Source of the DNA: Gemmatimonadaceae bacterium
GTDB lineage: Bacteria; Gemmatimonadota; Gemmatimonadetes; Gemmatimonadales; Gemmatimonadaceae
Reading direction: 5' to 3'
Length of the DNA: 64,000 bases
NCBI GenBank assembly: GCA_035525975.1
Contig: DATLDF010000041.1
Location: 1,648 to 65,647 of the forward strand
The notes beneath the pieces were generated by a model. It saw only the letters and a program-made list of their open reading frames with translations, did no database searches and was not told the DNA's origin. Made by a program: the position numbers and the translations under genes. Positions 1 through 10,919 of the stretch are shown piece after piece (position 1 is the first letter of the stretch; each line of letters opens with the position of its first letter).

Positions 1-106
1 GCAATGCGATCGGGCGCTGATTGAGGATACACGGAGAAACTGGCCGTTCCTGCGCGACCGTCGCATCGACGCCTATGGGCCCATCCTCAATCGGTACCTG
101 GGATGA
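1..106 (+). CDS. C-terminal fragment of a carbon-nitrogen hydrolase (probable N-carbamoylputrescine amidase), truncated by window start
   Basis: Frame from base 2 reads QCDRALIEDTRRNWPFLRDRRIDAYGPILNRYLG*; WPFLRDRR is the typical C-terminal motif of this family; stop overlaps the agmatine deiminase ATG (ATGA, 103-106). Confidence 0.75.
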   Translation, partial: QCDRALIEDTRRNWPFLRDRRIDAYGPILNRYLG

Positions 107-1212
107 CGCCAGCCGGGCCTGCCAGGGCGCGGCCTCGTGAACGCCAGATTGTCAAATCGCAGAAACGCATCATGCCCGCAGAATGGGAGCGGCACGATGC
201 GACCTGGATCGCATGGCCACACCACGAACCCGATTGGCCTGGCAAGCTGGGCGCGATTCCGTGGGTTTACGCGGAGATTGTGCGCGCACTCCACGCACAC
301 GAGCGCGTGGAAATTTTGTGTCACGACGAATCGGTCCGCGACAATGCCAAGAGCGTATTGGACGCACATGGTGTCGCGGTTGGAGGATATCGCCTTCACA
401 TCGTCCCCACCGATCGCGTGTGGCTGCGTGATTCCGCCCCCACCTTCGTATGGAGCGATGACGGAACAGTTCAGCTTGCCAACTGGCGGTTCAACGGCTG
501 GGCGAAGTACGAAAACCACACGCTCGATGAAAGGGTCGGCGAGGCCGTAGCGGCAATCGCGGGACTGCCGCGACTGATACCGCGGCGACCCGATCAGGGC
601 GAGTGGCTCGTTCTGGAAGGCGGCGGAATCGAGACCGATGGTGCCGGCACGTTACTCGTTACCGAAGAGTGGCTGCTGAGCGACGTGCAGGTTCGCAATC
701 CCGGAATGACGCGCTCCGAGTATGAGGCGTCATTCGCCGAATACCTGGGCATTACTAACACGATCTGGCTCGGCGAAGGCTGCGTCGGCGACGACACGCA
801 CGGTCACGTGGACGACATCGCGCGGTTTGCATCGCCCGGCGTCGTGTTGCTCGCATTCGAGAGTAACAAGTCAGATGCGAATCATCGGCAGTCGATGGAC
901 AATCTCGCTCGACTCCAGGAGGCGTCGAAGACGCAACCGGTTCGCATCGTGAAGCTGCCGTACCCTCGGCCCGTGATCATGGATGGTCAGCGACTGCCTG
1001 CGAGCTACGCGAATTTCTACGTCGCGAACGGGATCGTGATCGTTCCGACTTTCAACGACGCGAACGATCGTGCAGCTCTTGAAATCATCGCAACGGAGTT
1101 TCCGGATCGCGAAATCGTAGGAATTCATTCGCTGGACCTCGTCTGGGGCCTCGGAACGCTGCATTGTCTGTCGCAGCAGCAGCCATCAGCTCCGGGGAAC
1201 GATTCTCGCTAA
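103..1212 (+). CDS. aguA: Agmatine deiminase (PPAD family)
   Basis: MPAEWE, WLRD, EGGGIETDG, DDTHGHVD, ASYANFY, GLGTLHCLSQQQP motifs. Confidence 0.9.
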   Translation: MTPAGPARARPRERQIVKSQKRIMPAEWERHDATWIAWPHHEPDWPGKLGAIPWVYAEIVRALHAHERVEILCHDESVRDNAKSVLDAHGVAVGGYRLHIVPTDRVWLRDSAPTFVWSDDGTVQLANWRFNGWAKYENHTLDERVGEAVAAIAGLPRLIPRRPDQGEWLVLEGGGIETDGAGTLLVTEEWLLSDVQVRNPGMTRSEYEASFAEYLGITNTIWLGEGCVGDDTHGHVDDIARFASPGVVLLAFESNKSDANHRQSMDNLARLQEASKTQPVRIVKLPYPRPVIMDGQRLPASYANFYVANGIVIVPTFNDANDRAALEIIATEFPDREIVGIHSLDLVWGLGTLHCLSQQQPSAPGNDSR

Positions 1213-1223
1213 ACCAGCAGGTC

Positions 1224-1592
1224 ATGAAGATCACCCTGGTTGCTGAGGACGCGATTCGCCTGGAGCCGACGATGGGCCCAATGACAATTGAGGCAGGGTC
1301 GGCGGATCAGCTCTACTCGCCATTTCACATGCTCGCGAGCGGTTTGGCGTTTTGCACGTACTCTGTCCTCGCGTCGTGGGCGAGCAACGCGAAGCTCGAG
1401 TCCGGCGACATTGCAATCGACGTCAAGTGGAGTTTCTCCGACGACCCGCACCGCGTCGGCGACATCGCGATGAAGGTTGAGTGGCCATCTCTTCCGGAGC
1501 CGAGGAAGTCTGCAGTTGAACGGGTGGCGTCCATGTGTGCGATTCACGCGACGCTGTCGCACTCTCCGAAGATCGTGACATCGGTAGCATGA
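1224..1592 (+). CDS. OsmC-family protein
   Basis: SPFHMLASGLAFC ... MCAIHATL two-Cys OsmC pattern; start moved to ATG 1224 after the aguA stop. Confidence 0.7.
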   Translation: MKITLVAEDAIRLEPTMGPMTIEAGSADQLYSPFHMLASGLAFCTYSVLASWASNAKLESGDIAIDVKWSFSDDPHRVGDIAMKVEWPSLPEPRKSAVERVASMCAIHATLSHSPKIVTSVA

Positions 1593-2059
1593 CGGTTCCT
1601 GTCGTGACGTTCACTGTGCGGGGTGAAGAAGTGGTCGCGGACGCGCCGACTCATGGTTCGCGCGGACGACCGTACACTGTGGTCTACGACGGTTACTGCA
1701 AAGTCTGCAAGCGCCTCGTCGCGGCGCTCGTCAAATGGGACAAGCATGGTGTGCTCGAGATCCTGCCGTCGCAGACGCCGAGCCTGCCAGCGCGCTACCC
1801 GTGGATTCCGGCGAAGGCGTATCTCGAATCAGTTCAATTCATCGAGAACAGCAACGGCACAACCTGGCAGGGCGCGGCCGCGCTCGAGCACATCATCGAT
1901 GTTCTGCCAAAGGGAGGTTTCATCACGTGGATTTTTTCGATCCCGTTTGTCAGGCCACTCGCAGAAAAGTTCTACCGGTGGTTTGCGATGAATCGGTACC
2001 GGCTGGGATGCGGGGAGCATTGTCAGCTGCATTCAACGGATGTTCAGTTTCCGCAATAA
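1589..2059 (+). CDS. DCC1-like thiol-disulfide oxidoreductase (DUF393)
   Basis: VVYDGYCKVC (DxxCxxC) and YRWFAMNRY; ATGA overlap with upstream gene. Confidence 0.8.
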   Translation: MTVPVVTFTVRGEEVVADAPTHGSRGRPYTVVYDGYCKVCKRLVAALVKWDKHGVLEILPSQTPSLPARYPWIPAKAYLESVQFIENSNGTTWQGAAALEHIIDVLPKGGFITWIFSIPFVRPLAEKFYRWFAMNRYRLGCGEHCQLHSTDVQFPQ

Positions 2060-2138
2060 ACACCGGCGGATCACGAAGGGAACGAAGAACGGCCGAAGGA
2101 CACGAAGAACCGCGGAAAAGACTGGGGGTTAACAACTG

Positions 2139-3623
2139 TTACCCGCTGCCGCCACGCTTTCTGGAGAGAACAAGCTCCTTGACCCAGTTCTCGACGAGCG
2201 AAGCTTGTTCCTCATCGAGCGTCTCTTCCTCCTGCTGAACGCCCTGCGAAGCAGCGCCGCCACTCTCGGAAACCATTCGCTCGACCAATCCAACCCACGT
2301 CAGACCCTGCAGCGACTCGCCAAGGGTTTTCATCGCAAGCCAGTCTACGATGTTCGACGGACGATCGTAAACCTGGGTCTCGAATCGCACGTGGTCGCCG
2401 CGCTGTTCGCATAGAAACCGAACGGCGCCGGCTAACGGATGTCCGGCGAGCGTAACGAGGGTCGCCTTGCGTGGCGTGACTTCCTGCACTCGCACCTGCA
2501 CGTTGCCACGCAGCGGCAGCGACATCGTGATTGTTGCGCCTTTCACGAGCTGACACTTCGTGCCGGGTTCCACCTTTGCGTCGAGAAGGCCGGGCGTCGC
2601 CTCATCGAAGTCGCGCCGAAAAGTCTCGAACAACTGCTCGGGCGTGAGGCGGCTGCCACTGATGTCCGACCAGATTCGCTTTCTCATCAGCGATCCGACT
2701 CCGTCGCCGGGCATCTGCTCCAGTTGCGCATCGGCGAGTTTCTTCAGTCCCTCATCGAGCAGGACAGGCTTGATCCTGAACACTGCGGTAAGCGCGTTGT
2801 CGCCCGGATCTCCAATCAGGTTGCCTTCCCTGAGCATTGTCAGCTGGCTCTGATTCACCGGCAGCGGCATCCCGACAAATTCAGCCACTGCAGCCCCGGC
2901 GCTCGCAAGAAAACCGGGCACGGGGACTCTGAGCGGAACCCGGCCGGTGATCGCGCCGAATCTGTCCACGAGATCGTTAGTGCTTGTCGTTTCGGCTCCG
3001 GCAATCTCGAGGGCTCTGCCATGAAGGTCGGGTCGCTCGACTGAATCGACGATTGCGATGGCGGCATCCCCGACCCAGAGGGGCTGGAACTTGTCGTCGC
3101 CGCCGTCGATTACCGGGATTGCAGGAAGAGAACGAACCATCTGGAGAAGCAACGATATGACTTCGTCACCAGGCCCGTACACGTTTCCAATGCGAAGGAT
3201 GATCCAGCCGCCGTGAAATTTTTCAACTCGTACTTCGGCCTCACGCTTGGAAATGTGGTACGGGGACTCGCCAGTGTCCGCGCCAAGCGACGACACATAG
3301 ATGATACGCCCCACGCCGGCACGCTCGGCCTCGGCTACAATGTTGGCCGTCCCTTCGACATTCACCTTCTGGAAAGTGACGTCTGGGGGGTCCTCGGCCA
3401 CGATGCCCGCTACGTGTACAACCACGTCGCATCCGTCGCCGCTGCCGCGAATAGCGTCAGGCTCGCTGACACTGGCCGGCCATGCCTCGACCCCGTCATT
3501 CCACTGGGCGACATCTTCCTTCGCGTTTCTGCTCAGGAGCCGGACCGTGTGTCCGCGCCTGACCAGTTCACCAACTGTTGATTGTCCGACAACTCCGGTA
3601 CCGCCCGTAACAAGCACTTTCAT
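2139..3623 (-). CDS. NAD(P)-dependent epimerase/NDUFA9-like SDR fused to a C-terminal DUF1990-like domain
   Basis: TGGTGVVG Rossmann motif, YHISK, FQPLWVGD; extra ~190-aa C-terminal region (TLAGHPLAGAVRF). Confidence 0.7.
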   Translation of the reverse strand: MKVLVTGGTGVVGQSTVGELVRRGHTVRLLSRNAKEDVAQWNDGVEAWPASVSEPDAIRGSGDGCDVVVHVAGIVAEDPPDVTFQKVNVEGTANIVAEAERAGVGRIIYVSSLGADTGESPYHISKREAEVRVEKFHGGWIILRIGNVYGPGDEVISLLLQMVRSLPAIPVIDGGDDKFQPLWVGDAAIAIVDSVERPDLHGRALEIAGAETTSTNDLVDRFGAITGRVPLRVPVPGFLASAGAAVAEFVGMPLPVNQSQLTMLREGNLIGDPGDNALTAVFRIKPVLLDEGLKKLADAQLEQMPGDGVGSLMRKRIWSDISGSRLTPEQLFETFRRDFDEATPGLLDAKVEPGTKCQLVKGATITMSLPLRGNVQVRVQEVTPRKATLVTLAGHPLAGAVRFLCEQRGDHVRFETQVYDRPSNIVDWLAMKTLGESLQGLTWVGLVERMVSESGGAASQGVQQEEETLDEEQASLVENWVKELVLSRKRGGSG

Positions 3624-3659
3624 CGACTATTGATCCGCGTTGGTCTGGAACCGAGTCAG

Positions 3660-3674
3660 GCAGATACGGTGCCA
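3660..3674 (-). promoter_or_regulatory. Putative sigma-54 (-24/-12) promoter of the SDR gene
   Basis: Minus strand TGGCACCGTATCTGC = GG-N10-GC, ~37 bp upstream of the start. Confidence 0.55.
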
Positions 3675-3755
3675 GGGGCCGCGAGTAGTGACTCCTCTAT
3701 AGGCAGCCTCGTCCAATGCACGGGTGGATGACTCGCCCTCCCTTGGAGAAAGGAC

Positions 3756-4892
3756 TTGAAACAGAGCATCATGGCTACTGGTCTCCTTCTGCTGGCTGCG
3801 TGCGGCGGTGGCGGAGATTCCTATACGATTGGCGCCGCTGGCCCCTGGAAAGAGGGCTACGGCGTGATGAGTCGCCGCGGGATAGACCTCGCGGTCGACG
3901 AGATAAATCGCGCCGGTGGCATCCACGGGACGCCGCTCAAGGTGCTCGCTCGCGACGATGACGCGAGCGGTTCGCGGGCGACCGAGATTGCGCAGGAGTT
4001 CGTCTCAGATCCGTCGATTCTGGCGGTGGTCGGGCACATTAACTCGGGCGCAATGCTGGCCGCGGCGCCTATCTACGACGGTCAGCTCAGCGCGGTTGCG
4101 ACCACGGCATCCTCACCCGATCTGAGCGGAGTTTCGAAGTGGACTTTCCGCGTTATTTCGAGCGACTCGCTCAACGGCGTCATTCTCGCGCGATTCGCGT
4201 CCCGCATCGGCGGCAATTCGGCAGAGCTGAAGAACGTTTCGATACTATATGAGAACGATGCGTACGGGCGCGGCCTCGCTGACTCCTTCAGAAAGGCATT
4301 TCGTGGAACGCTTGTCAGCTTCGACCCGATCAGCGAAGACGTAGACGCCGAGCCGTTCGTCTCGTTCTTCAAGGCGCGCCAGCCTGGCATTGTCTTCGTT
4401 GCGGGCCGCGAGAAATCCGCGTTGAAGATCCTCCGCGAGGCAAAGCGCCAGGGATTTAACGCTGTCTTCATCGGCGGTGACGGTTGGCAGAGCATAGTTA
4501 GCGACACTGCCGCTTCAGAGGGAGCGTATGTCGGCACCTCGTTCAACGCCGAAGATCCCTCCCCGAACGTGCAGCGTTTCGTGAAAGCCTTCCAGAGCAA
4601 GTACTCGACTCGCCCCGACGCCTTCGCGGCGTTGGCCTATGACGCGACAAGGCTGATCGCCGAAGCACTGGCAAAGAAGGGACGGGACCGCCGCGGCGTA
4701 CGTGAATATCTCGCGTCGCTCAACTCGTCGAACTCGTTCGATGGCGTCACTGGCCCCGTCTACTTCAATTCGGGTGGAGATCCCATCGGTATGGGCTTCC
4801 GTGTCGCTCAGGTCGTTTCCGGGCAACTGACGTCCGGTGGAGCCCGCGTTGCTGCCGTGCCGGCCGCAGCATATGAAGTGGGACACCCATGA
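3756..4892 (+). CDS. LivK/Peripla_BP_6-type substrate-binding lipoprotein
   Basis: Lipobox [40 protein letters not shown]. Confidence 0.85.
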   Translation: MKQSIMATGLLLLAACGGGGDSYTIGAAGPWKEGYGVMSRRGIDLAVDEINRAGGIHGTPLKVLARDDDASGSRATEIAQEFVSDPSILAVVGHINSGAMLAAAPIYDGQLSAVATTASSPDLSGVSKWTFRVISSDSLNGVILARFASRIGGNSAELKNVSILYENDAYGRGLADSFRKAFRGTLVSFDPISEDVDAEPFVSFFKARQPGIVFVAGREKSALKILREAKRQGFNAVFIGGDGWQSIVSDTAASEGAYVGTSFNAEDPSPNVQRFVKAFQSKYSTRPDAFAALAYDATRLIAEALAKKGRDRRGVREYLASLNSSNSFDGVTGPVYFNSGGDPIGMGFRVAQVVSGQLTSGGARVAAVPAAAYEVGHP

Positions 4893-6610
4893 GGATCAAG
4901 ACAGCGATCCGGAGCGACAGCATCCGACGCGTTCTCGGCGTTGGATTCGGGATGCTCATTCTTCTGCTCGTCCTTGCGGGATTCGTCGGCTTCGCCTCGA
5001 TCTCGGATTTGTCCGACGAGGTGGTGCACACGTTCCGTCACGCCAACGATGTGACTCAGCAATATTCGCATTTCTCTCGCGTTATCACCGAAGAGGTTCA
5101 GGCGGCCACGACTTACGTTGCCGAGGGTGATCCGGCTGCAGAGAAAGATTTTCAACGCCTTGGACTCGAGGCGCATGGACTTCATCGCTCGTTCACGTCC
5201 GAGCGTTCCGAACTCGCCGGTGAAGTCGCGAACACTGTAGTCGTGGACAACAAGCTCGCGGAGGTCGAAAACGCATTCGCGATTGCGCATCGCCTGCGCG
5301 ACCTTGGGCGGATTGAAGAAGCGCGGGACCAGGCGCGCAGCGCACGGACGCAGGTGGCCTCCCTGCTCTCCGAGCTCCAGCGCGTCGATGCAGCGAACAA
5401 TCTCGCTTTTGCGAACGCCTCGGACGCTTTGAGTGATCACGCGCGCAGACGTTCGATGCTCCTGATCATGGTAATTGGCTTTGCTGTCATGCTCGCGTGC
5501 CTGATTGTCTTTAGAACTACCAGAGAAGTTGGGCGTCCTCTTCGCTCGCTGGTTCGCCATGCGATGCAGCTGAGCCGGGGCAATCTTCTGAATCGTACGG
5601 CGACTCCCGGCATGCCTGGTGAGTTCAGGACGCTGGCCGAAGCGATGAACCACGCGAGCGAATCCCTTTCCCGCGTAGTCTCCGGTGCAGCTCACACGGC
5701 GGACGACGTCGCGCGCTCCGCCGGCGATCTCGCGTCTGCGTCGAAACAGATCTCAGACTCGGCAGGTCAGGTTGCAGAAGCCGTAGGCGAAGTGTCCCAG
5801 GGCGCGGAGAGTCAGGTGCAGCAGCTCCGCCGCGTCAACGACGCGCTCGAGGGAATCAGGAGCCGCGCAGATGCGATGCTCGCCGGCGCTGGAGAAGTGC
5901 ACGCGCTCGCCGGAGCGATCGAGGCCGAGGCGGAATCGAAGCGATCGGAAATGGATCGCGCGCTGAAGATCCTGCTGGAGGTGCGCGACATCGTTCATCG
6001 CGCAGCATCCGAAGTCGCCGGTCTTACGACGACTGCCGCCGAGATCAACGGATTCGTCGTCTCGGTCGGCAGAATCGCAGAGCAGACAAATCTCCTGGCG
6101 CTGAATGCGTCAATCGAAGCAGCGCGCGCAGGATCGGCCGGGCGCGGATTCGCCGTCGTCGCTGCTGAGGTCGGCAAGCTGGCCGAACAGACGCAGGCTG
6201 CCGCCGAGGACGTCGTTCGTTTGACGGAAGCTGTGACAACTCGAGTGACGACAACATCGAGAGCGATGCAAAACAGCGCGTCGTATGTCGGCGAGATCGA
6301 AAAGGTGGGTCGCGATCTCAACGGTGCGCTGGCGACGATCGTCGCAGCGGCCGAGCGTACGCGTCATTCTGCAGCCGGCGTGACTGCGGCGGCTGAAGAG
6401 AACGTGCGGGCTGTTGAAGGCGCCGTTCAGAATCTCGGACTTGTCGCAAAGACGGCCGAGGGTCACGCGGCTGCCGCGATGCAGGTCAGCGCGTCGACGG
6501 AGGAGCAGAGCGCCGCATGCGAGCAGATGACGTCAGCATCCACACTGCTCCTCTCGGGTAGCAGGCAGCTCAAGGGACTTGTAGGGGAGCTGCGCACGCA
6601 AGCGGCCTAA
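4889..6610 (+). CDS. Methyl-accepting chemotaxis protein (2 TM, HAMP, signalling domain)
   Basis: [20 protein letters not shown]...GRGFAVVA hairpin; ATGA overlap with SBP gene. Confidence 0.92.
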   Translation: MRIKTAIRSDSIRRVLGVGFGMLILLLVLAGFVGFASISDLSDEVVHTFRHANDVTQQYSHFSRVITEEVQAATTYVAEGDPAAEKDFQRLGLEAHGLHRSFTSERSELAGEVANTVVVDNKLAEVENAFAIAHRLRDLGRIEEARDQARSARTQVASLLSELQRVDAANNLAFANASDALSDHARRRSMLLIMVIGFAVMLACLIVFRTTREVGRPLRSLVRHAMQLSRGNLLNRTATPGMPGEFRTLAEAMNHASESLSRVVSGAAHTADDVARSAGDLASASKQISDSAGQVAEAVGEVSQGAESQVQQLRRVNDALEGIRSRADAMLAGAGEVHALAGAIEAEAESKRSEMDRALKILLEVRDIVHRAASEVAGLTTTAAEINGFVVSVGRIAEQTNLLALNASIEAARAGSAGRGFAVVAAEVGKLAEQTQAAAEDVVRLTEAVTTRVTTTSRAMQNSASYVGEIEKVGRDLNGALATIVAAAERTRHSAAGVTAAAEENVRAVEGAVQNLGLVAKTAEGHAAAAMQVSASTEEQSAACEQMTSASTLLLSGSRQLKGLVGELRTQAA

Positions 6611-6622
6611 GGGCCGCCAACC

Positions 6623-6700
6623 GCCACGCGCCACGAGCCACACGCTCAACTGCGGCCGTTGTCTTTTAGCGCGTGGCGATTGGCGTGTAGCGTGTGGCGC
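6623..6700. repeat. Inverted heptamer-repeat palindrome between convergent genes
   Basis: GCCACGC GCCACGA GCCACAC ... GCGTGGC GATTGGC GTGTAGC GTGTGGC. Confidence 0.6.
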
Positions 6701-6701
6701 T

Positions 6702-7919
6702 TTACTGCACGCACGCCGCCGTCGGCTCATCAACCGGCTTATCAACCCGCGGCCGGTGATCGAGATTCGCGACCGTGATCGTAATGTCACGCACAAGGTC
6801 AGCGACACGCGTCATGTGCTCGTAGTCGATCCGGCTTGGCTCGTCCGTTACCTGGTGATAGTCGGGGTGTAGACCCGTCGTGAAGAAGGTGATTGGAATA
6901 CCATAGCGCGCGTAGTTGTAGTGATCGCTGCGGCAATAGATTCGCTCCGGATGTCCGTTGGCGTCGTACTGGTAGTCAAACTTGAAGGGATGTTCGCGCT
7001 TCGAGTTCACCTGTTCAACGATATCGCCAAGCTCAGTTGATACTCGTCGCGAGCCGACGAGCTGGAGATAGTAAGGACCACCTCCATTGATGTCAGCTGC
7101 GCTGCCGCGTCCAACCATGTCCATGTTCAGCTGTGCAACTATCTTGTTCCGCGGAACCGTTGGATGATCGGTGAACCACTTGGAGCCGAGCAGACCCTTC
7201 TCCTCGCCAGTGTGCCAGACGAAAAGGATCGAACGCTTTGGCTTCACCCTGGCTGTTGCGAAGTACTCCGCGAGCTCGAGCACGGTGACTGTGCCCGATC
7301 CGTCATCGTCGGCGCCGTTAGCAATAGAATCGAGCCTTGCTGGTCGAATCCGGCGAAGGCTGTCCATGTTGATGTGAATCACCGACTTCAGCGAATCCCG
7401 CTTCGCCATGAAGTTGCGATCCCACGAGGGCGCGCCGAGTCTGTCGAGCTCGTCATGGTATGCGAGGAGTGAGTCGTGATCGACAGCGGGCTTCCTTATG
7501 CCGATGTGATCGTTGTGCGCACCGATTGCGACGAATTCATTGCGCAGAACGGGATCGCTGCCTCTAACGATTGCGATTACGTTGCGCGCTGTGCCCGGAG
7601 GACCACCCGTGAATCGCGTCGATGTTGCACCGCTTTCCTGGAAGTACGTTCCCTTCTCGCCTGCAGGCTCGAGTCCAAGACGCGCAGCTTCTCCGGCGAT
7701 GTAATCCGTCGCCATTTTGTTGCCGATGGTGCCTGTCTCCCGGCCCATCATCGAATCGTCGGCATATAAGTACAGGCGTGTGCGGAGATCGGCGGCGGTA
7801 ATATCGGGGCCTGTGCGTCCGGGTCCGGCGGCCGTCTGAACCTGCTGGCTGGCGCAGCCAGCGATCAATACCGCGGCCGCGATCACCACGGCCCTCTCAA
7901 AGCGTCTGGGGGCGTTCAC
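6702..7919 (-). CDS. M28-family metallopeptidase (lipoprotein)
   Basis: [30 protein letters not shown]; lipobox IAGC. Confidence 0.88.
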   Translation of the reverse strand: MNAPRRFERAVVIAAAVLIAGCASQQVQTAAGPGRTGPDITAADLRTRLYLYADDSMMGRETGTIGNKMATDYIAGEAARLGLEPAGEKGTYFQESGATSTRFTGGPPGTARNVIAIVRGSDPVLRNEFVAIGAHNDHIGIRKPAVDHDSLLAYHDELDRLGAPSWDRNFMAKRDSLKSVIHINMDSLRRIRPARLDSIANGADDDGSGTVTVLELAEYFATARVKPKRSILFVWHTGEEKGLLGSKWFTDHPTVPRNKIVAQLNMDMVGRGSAADINGGGPYYLQLVGSRRVSTELGDIVEQVNSKREHPFKFDYQYDANGHPERIYCRSDHYNYARYGIPITFFTTGLHPDYHQVTDEPSRIDYEHMTRVADLVRDITITVANLDHRPRVDKPVDEPTAACVQ

Positions 7920-7951
7920 GTGCTACTCTCCTCGTTGCTTATCTTACTGGA

Positions 7952-8662
7952 ATGGAACAGAAAAAGGCCGTTCTTCTGCTGAGCGGAGGACTCGATTCGA
8001 CGACTGTTCTCGCGCTGGCGTCGGCCGAGAATTACGCGGTGCATGCACTGAGCTTCAGTTACGGCCAAAGGCACGCCGGCGAGATCGCCGCCGCGCGAAA
8101 AATCGCGGGCCACTATGGAGTAGTCCAGCATGTCGTAGCGGAAATTGATCTGCGTGTATTCGGTGGATCGGCGTTGACGGCGGATATCGAAGTCCCAAAG
8201 AATCGTGCTGTCGATTCAGCGAATGACGTGCCGGTTACATACGTCCCTGCCCGTAATACGATCTTCCTGTCGTTTGCGTTGGCTTTCGCGGAGGTTGTCG
8301 GCGCACACGAGATTTTCATCGGCGTGAACGCCCTCGACTACAGTGGATACCCTGACTGCCGGCCTGATTTCATTGCGGCTTTCGAGAAGATGGCCCGCCT
8401 TGCGACGCGTGCTGACTCGGATGCCGGGGATGGACAGGAGCAGATCAGCATCAGGACTCCGCTCATCGATATGACTAAGAAGCAGATAGTGGAGCTTGGC
8501 CTTAAGCTGGGTGTCGACTACTCGATGACGACGAGCTGCTACGATCCAGGCGTGGACGGAGCGGCCTGCGGGCACTGCGACGCGTGTCAGCTTCGACTGC
8601 GCGGATTTTCTGAGGCAGGCGCTTTCGATCCGGCCACGTACGTTACAGGGCGGCTGACGTGA
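7952..8662 (+). CDS. queC: 7-cyano-7-deazaguanine synthase
   Basis: SGGLDS, YGQRH, TYVPARN, GYPDCR, SCY...CGHCDAC. Confidence 0.95.
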   Translation: MEQKKAVLLLSGGLDSTTVLALASAENYAVHALSFSYGQRHAGEIAAARKIAGHYGVVQHVVAEIDLRVFGGSALTADIEVPKNRAVDSANDVPVTYVPARNTIFLSFALAFAEVVGAHEIFIGVNALDYSGYPDCRPDFIAAFEKMARLATRADSDAGDGQEQISIRTPLIDMTKKQIVELGLKLGVDYSMTTSCYDPGVDGAACGHCDACQLRLRGFSEAGAFDPATYVTGRLT

Positions 8663-9291
8663 CTTACACGGTCAAGGAGATCTTCTACACGCTTCAAGGC
8701 GAGGGCGCGAACACAGGCAGGGCGGCGGTGTTCTGCCGCTTCAGCGGGTGCAACCTCTGGACGGGACGCGAGGAAGACCGGTCAAGAGCCGTATGCCAGT
8801 TCTGCGATACTGACTTCGTCGGCGTCGGACCTGATGGAGGAAAGTTCTCAACGCCTGCTGAGTTGGCCCAGGCGATTTCCCGGGCGTGGAGAGGAGATTC
8901 GGACACGGAGCGCCTCGTTGTTTGCACGGGCGGAGAGCCACTGCTGCAGATCGACGAACCGCTCGTTGATGCGATTCATGCCGCCGGCTTTAGGATGGCG
9001 GTTGAGACGAACGGAACGAGGGTCGCGCCTCGCGGAATTGACTGGATCTGCGTCAGTCCCAAAGCAGGGGCGCCTCTCGTTCAGAAATCCGGAAGCGAGT
9101 TAAAGCTTGTATTTCCTCAGCCCGAGGCCATGCCCGAGGTGTTTGATGATCTGCGGTTCGAGCATTTCTATTTGCAACCCATGGATGGGCCGGGCGTTGC
9201 TGAGAATACTCGCCTCGCCATTGAGTATTGCATGGCGCATCCGCGATGGAGATTGAGTATCCAAACGCACAAGACCGTCGGCATCCGTTAG
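8659..9291 (+). CDS. queE: 7-carboxy-7-deazaguanine synthase (radical SAM, CX14CX2C type)
   Basis: [18 protein letters not shown]...CQFCDT, TGGEP, ETNGT, LSIQTHK. Confidence 0.93.
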   Translation: MTYTVKEIFYTLQGEGANTGRAAVFCRFSGCNLWTGREEDRSRAVCQFCDTDFVGVGPDGGKFSTPAELAQAISRAWRGDSDTERLVVCTGGEPLLQIDEPLVDAIHAAGFRMAVETNGTRVAPRGIDWICVSPKAGAPLVQKSGSELKLVFPQPEAMPEVFDDLRFEHFYLQPMDGPGVAENTRLAIEYCMAHPRWRLSIQTHKTVGIR

Positions 9292-9346
9292 CTGCAGTTT
9301 TAGCACGTATCAGGCAAAGAGCCTAAGGCTGGCTACAAGCTACGAG

Positions 9347-9440
9347 CGGGCTGGGAGGCGCATTGTTGTTTTTGTTACGGGCCGGGAGGCCCATTGTTGC
9401 TTTTGGTACGGGCCGGCAGGCACGTTGTTTTTTTGTTTTA
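9347..9440 (+). repeat. Three imperfect 31-bp tandem repeats, each a small GC hairpin-like sequence plus a T-rich tail
   Basis: CGGGCTGGGAGGCGCATTGTTGTTTTTGTTA / CGGGCCGGGAGGCCCATTGTTGCTTTTGGTA / CGGGCCGGCAGGCACGTTGTTTTTTTGTTTTA. Confidence 0.8.
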
Positions 9441-9531
9441 AAGCGGAGAGATCCGATCTCCAGATGAGCGCGTAGAAGGCCCAGAACGACCTCGTTCTAC
9501 TGCCCACCCTCATCACGTTGTGGAGAAAAAC

Positions 9532-10254
9532 ATGAAGACCCCCTTCACCGGCCGCGGCCGTCGCCTTTCAATCATGCTGGCCGCTGGAATTGCGGTAAGC
9601 GTGGCTGGAATCGGGACGCTGCTGGCCTCCGACCATCAGGACACTCCTGAAGTCGAGCTCAACCCGCGAATGGACATCAACGATGTCTACGCATTCCCCG
9701 GATCGACGTCAGACCGCGTCGCGCTCGTCCTGACGACATCGTCACCACTCTCCGGAACCAACGCGTCATTCGATCCTGATCTTCTCTATCAGATCAAGGT
9801 CGATAACACAGGTGACTCGAAGGAAGATCTCGTTTTCCAGGTGACGTTCGACAATGGAGCGCTCACCGCTCAGAAAGTCACTGTCGTCGGTCCAGTCGCA
9901 CCACCTGCTGTCGGAACAACAACGACGCTCGCAACAAGCGGCACAGTCACCACCGGTGCCGTCGGATCCACGCTCGGTTCCGCGTCGTCAATCCAGGTCT
10001 TCACGGGTGTTCGCGGCGACCCCTTCTTCATCGACCTCGAGCAGTTCTTCAAGATTCTCCCGGATCGCAGACCTTCCACCGGGCCTCTCTCGGTTCCTTC
10101 AACGCCGACAGCGAGTGCGTTCCGCAGCCCAGGCGTCGATCTCCTCGCTCCGTTCAACTGCCTCGCGATCGTAATCGAAGTTCCCAAGGCAATGCTCACC
10201 TCATCCACTGCGACCGATGCAAAGATCGGCGTGTGGGCAACAATCAGCCGGTAG
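9532..10254 (+). CDS. DUF4331-family secreted protein
   Basis: Signal peptide then ASDHQD, DINDVYAF, GVRGDPFFID, VWATISR. Confidence 0.75.
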   Translation: MKTPFTGRGRRLSIMLAAGIAVSVAGIGTLLASDHQDTPEVELNPRMDINDVYAFPGSTSDRVALVLTTSSPLSGTNASFDPDLLYQIKVDNTGDSKEDLVFQVTFDNGALTAQKVTVVGPVAPPAVGTTTTLATSGTVTTGAVGSTLGSASSIQVFTGVRGDPFFIDLEQFFKILPDRRPSTGPLSVPSTPTASAFRSPGVDLLAPFNCLAIVIEVPKAMLTSSTATDAKIGVWATISR

Positions 10255-10261
10255 TCGTCAA

Positions 10262-10855
10262 ATGAAATCAATCACCAGTTTCACCGCCAAGCGTGCGATC
10301 GCCGCCACCATCCTGGCCGGAGCTGTTCTCTTCTCCGCCGCATGCAACGACGACGACGACGATTCAACGGGCCCGAGCAGCACTCGTACCTATCGCCAGA
10401 TCGAAAGACTCGGCAATCCGCTCGTGTCGGAAGTGTTCTTTCCGAAGCGCGATCACGGCCTCGACAACACCAAGAGCCCGAGCGATGATCCGCTCACGAT
10501 GGACGCCGGCGGCACTGACGTCCCGGGCCACATCCGCTCGTTCGTCTCGCAGTTCCCGGGACGCACGGAAAAGACAATCACGACGCTTCAGGCAGTTCTC
10601 TCGCCTGACATGCTGTTGGTCTATCCGAACCGCGCCGGCAGCACGGCCGGCTGGCTCAGCTGGGCGCTTCAGCCGGGCGTCGGTTACGGCGGACGCAAGC
10701 TCGTTGACGACGTCGTAGACACAGGACTGGCCTCGGTGTTCGGGAATGCGCTCGATCCGGCACAGGCAGTTCTCGCCGGTCTCACGACCGACAACGTCGG
10801 ACCGTCGACTCGTACGTTCTCGACAACATTCCCCTATCTCGGCACGCCGAGGTAA
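10262..10855 (+). CDS. DUF4331-family lipoprotein (C-terminal-half type)
   Basis: Lipobox SAAC, QIERLGNP, GGRKLVDDVVD, FPYLG. Confidence 0.72.
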   Translation: MKSITSFTAKRAIAATILAGAVLFSAACNDDDDDSTGPSSTRTYRQIERLGNPLVSEVFFPKRDHGLDNTKSPSDDPLTMDAGGTDVPGHIRSFVSQFPGRTEKTITTLQAVLSPDMLLVYPNRAGSTAGWLSWALQPGVGYGGRKLVDDVVDTGLASVFGNALDPAQAVLAGLTTDNVGPSTRTFSTTFPYLGTPR

Positions 10856-10919
10856 CTGAATGAGAGGGCCTGGCATCGCGGAGACGGTTCCGCGGTGTCA
10901 GGCTCACTCAGACAAAACA

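Noticed and set aside
4808-5695. 295-aa antisense ORF over the MCP (and many similar antisense ORFs in the track)
   Set aside because: Antisense to well-supported genes; no recognisable domain
7952-9291. queC-queE as a 7-deazaguanine DNA-modification or defence island
   Set aside because: Canonical tRNA-queuosine-type sequences; no dpdA, TGT paralog or QatABD-like partners nearby; no preQ1 riboswitch recognised
9347-9440. Possible CRISPR array
   Set aside because: Repeats are contiguous with no unique spacers, and there are no cas genes
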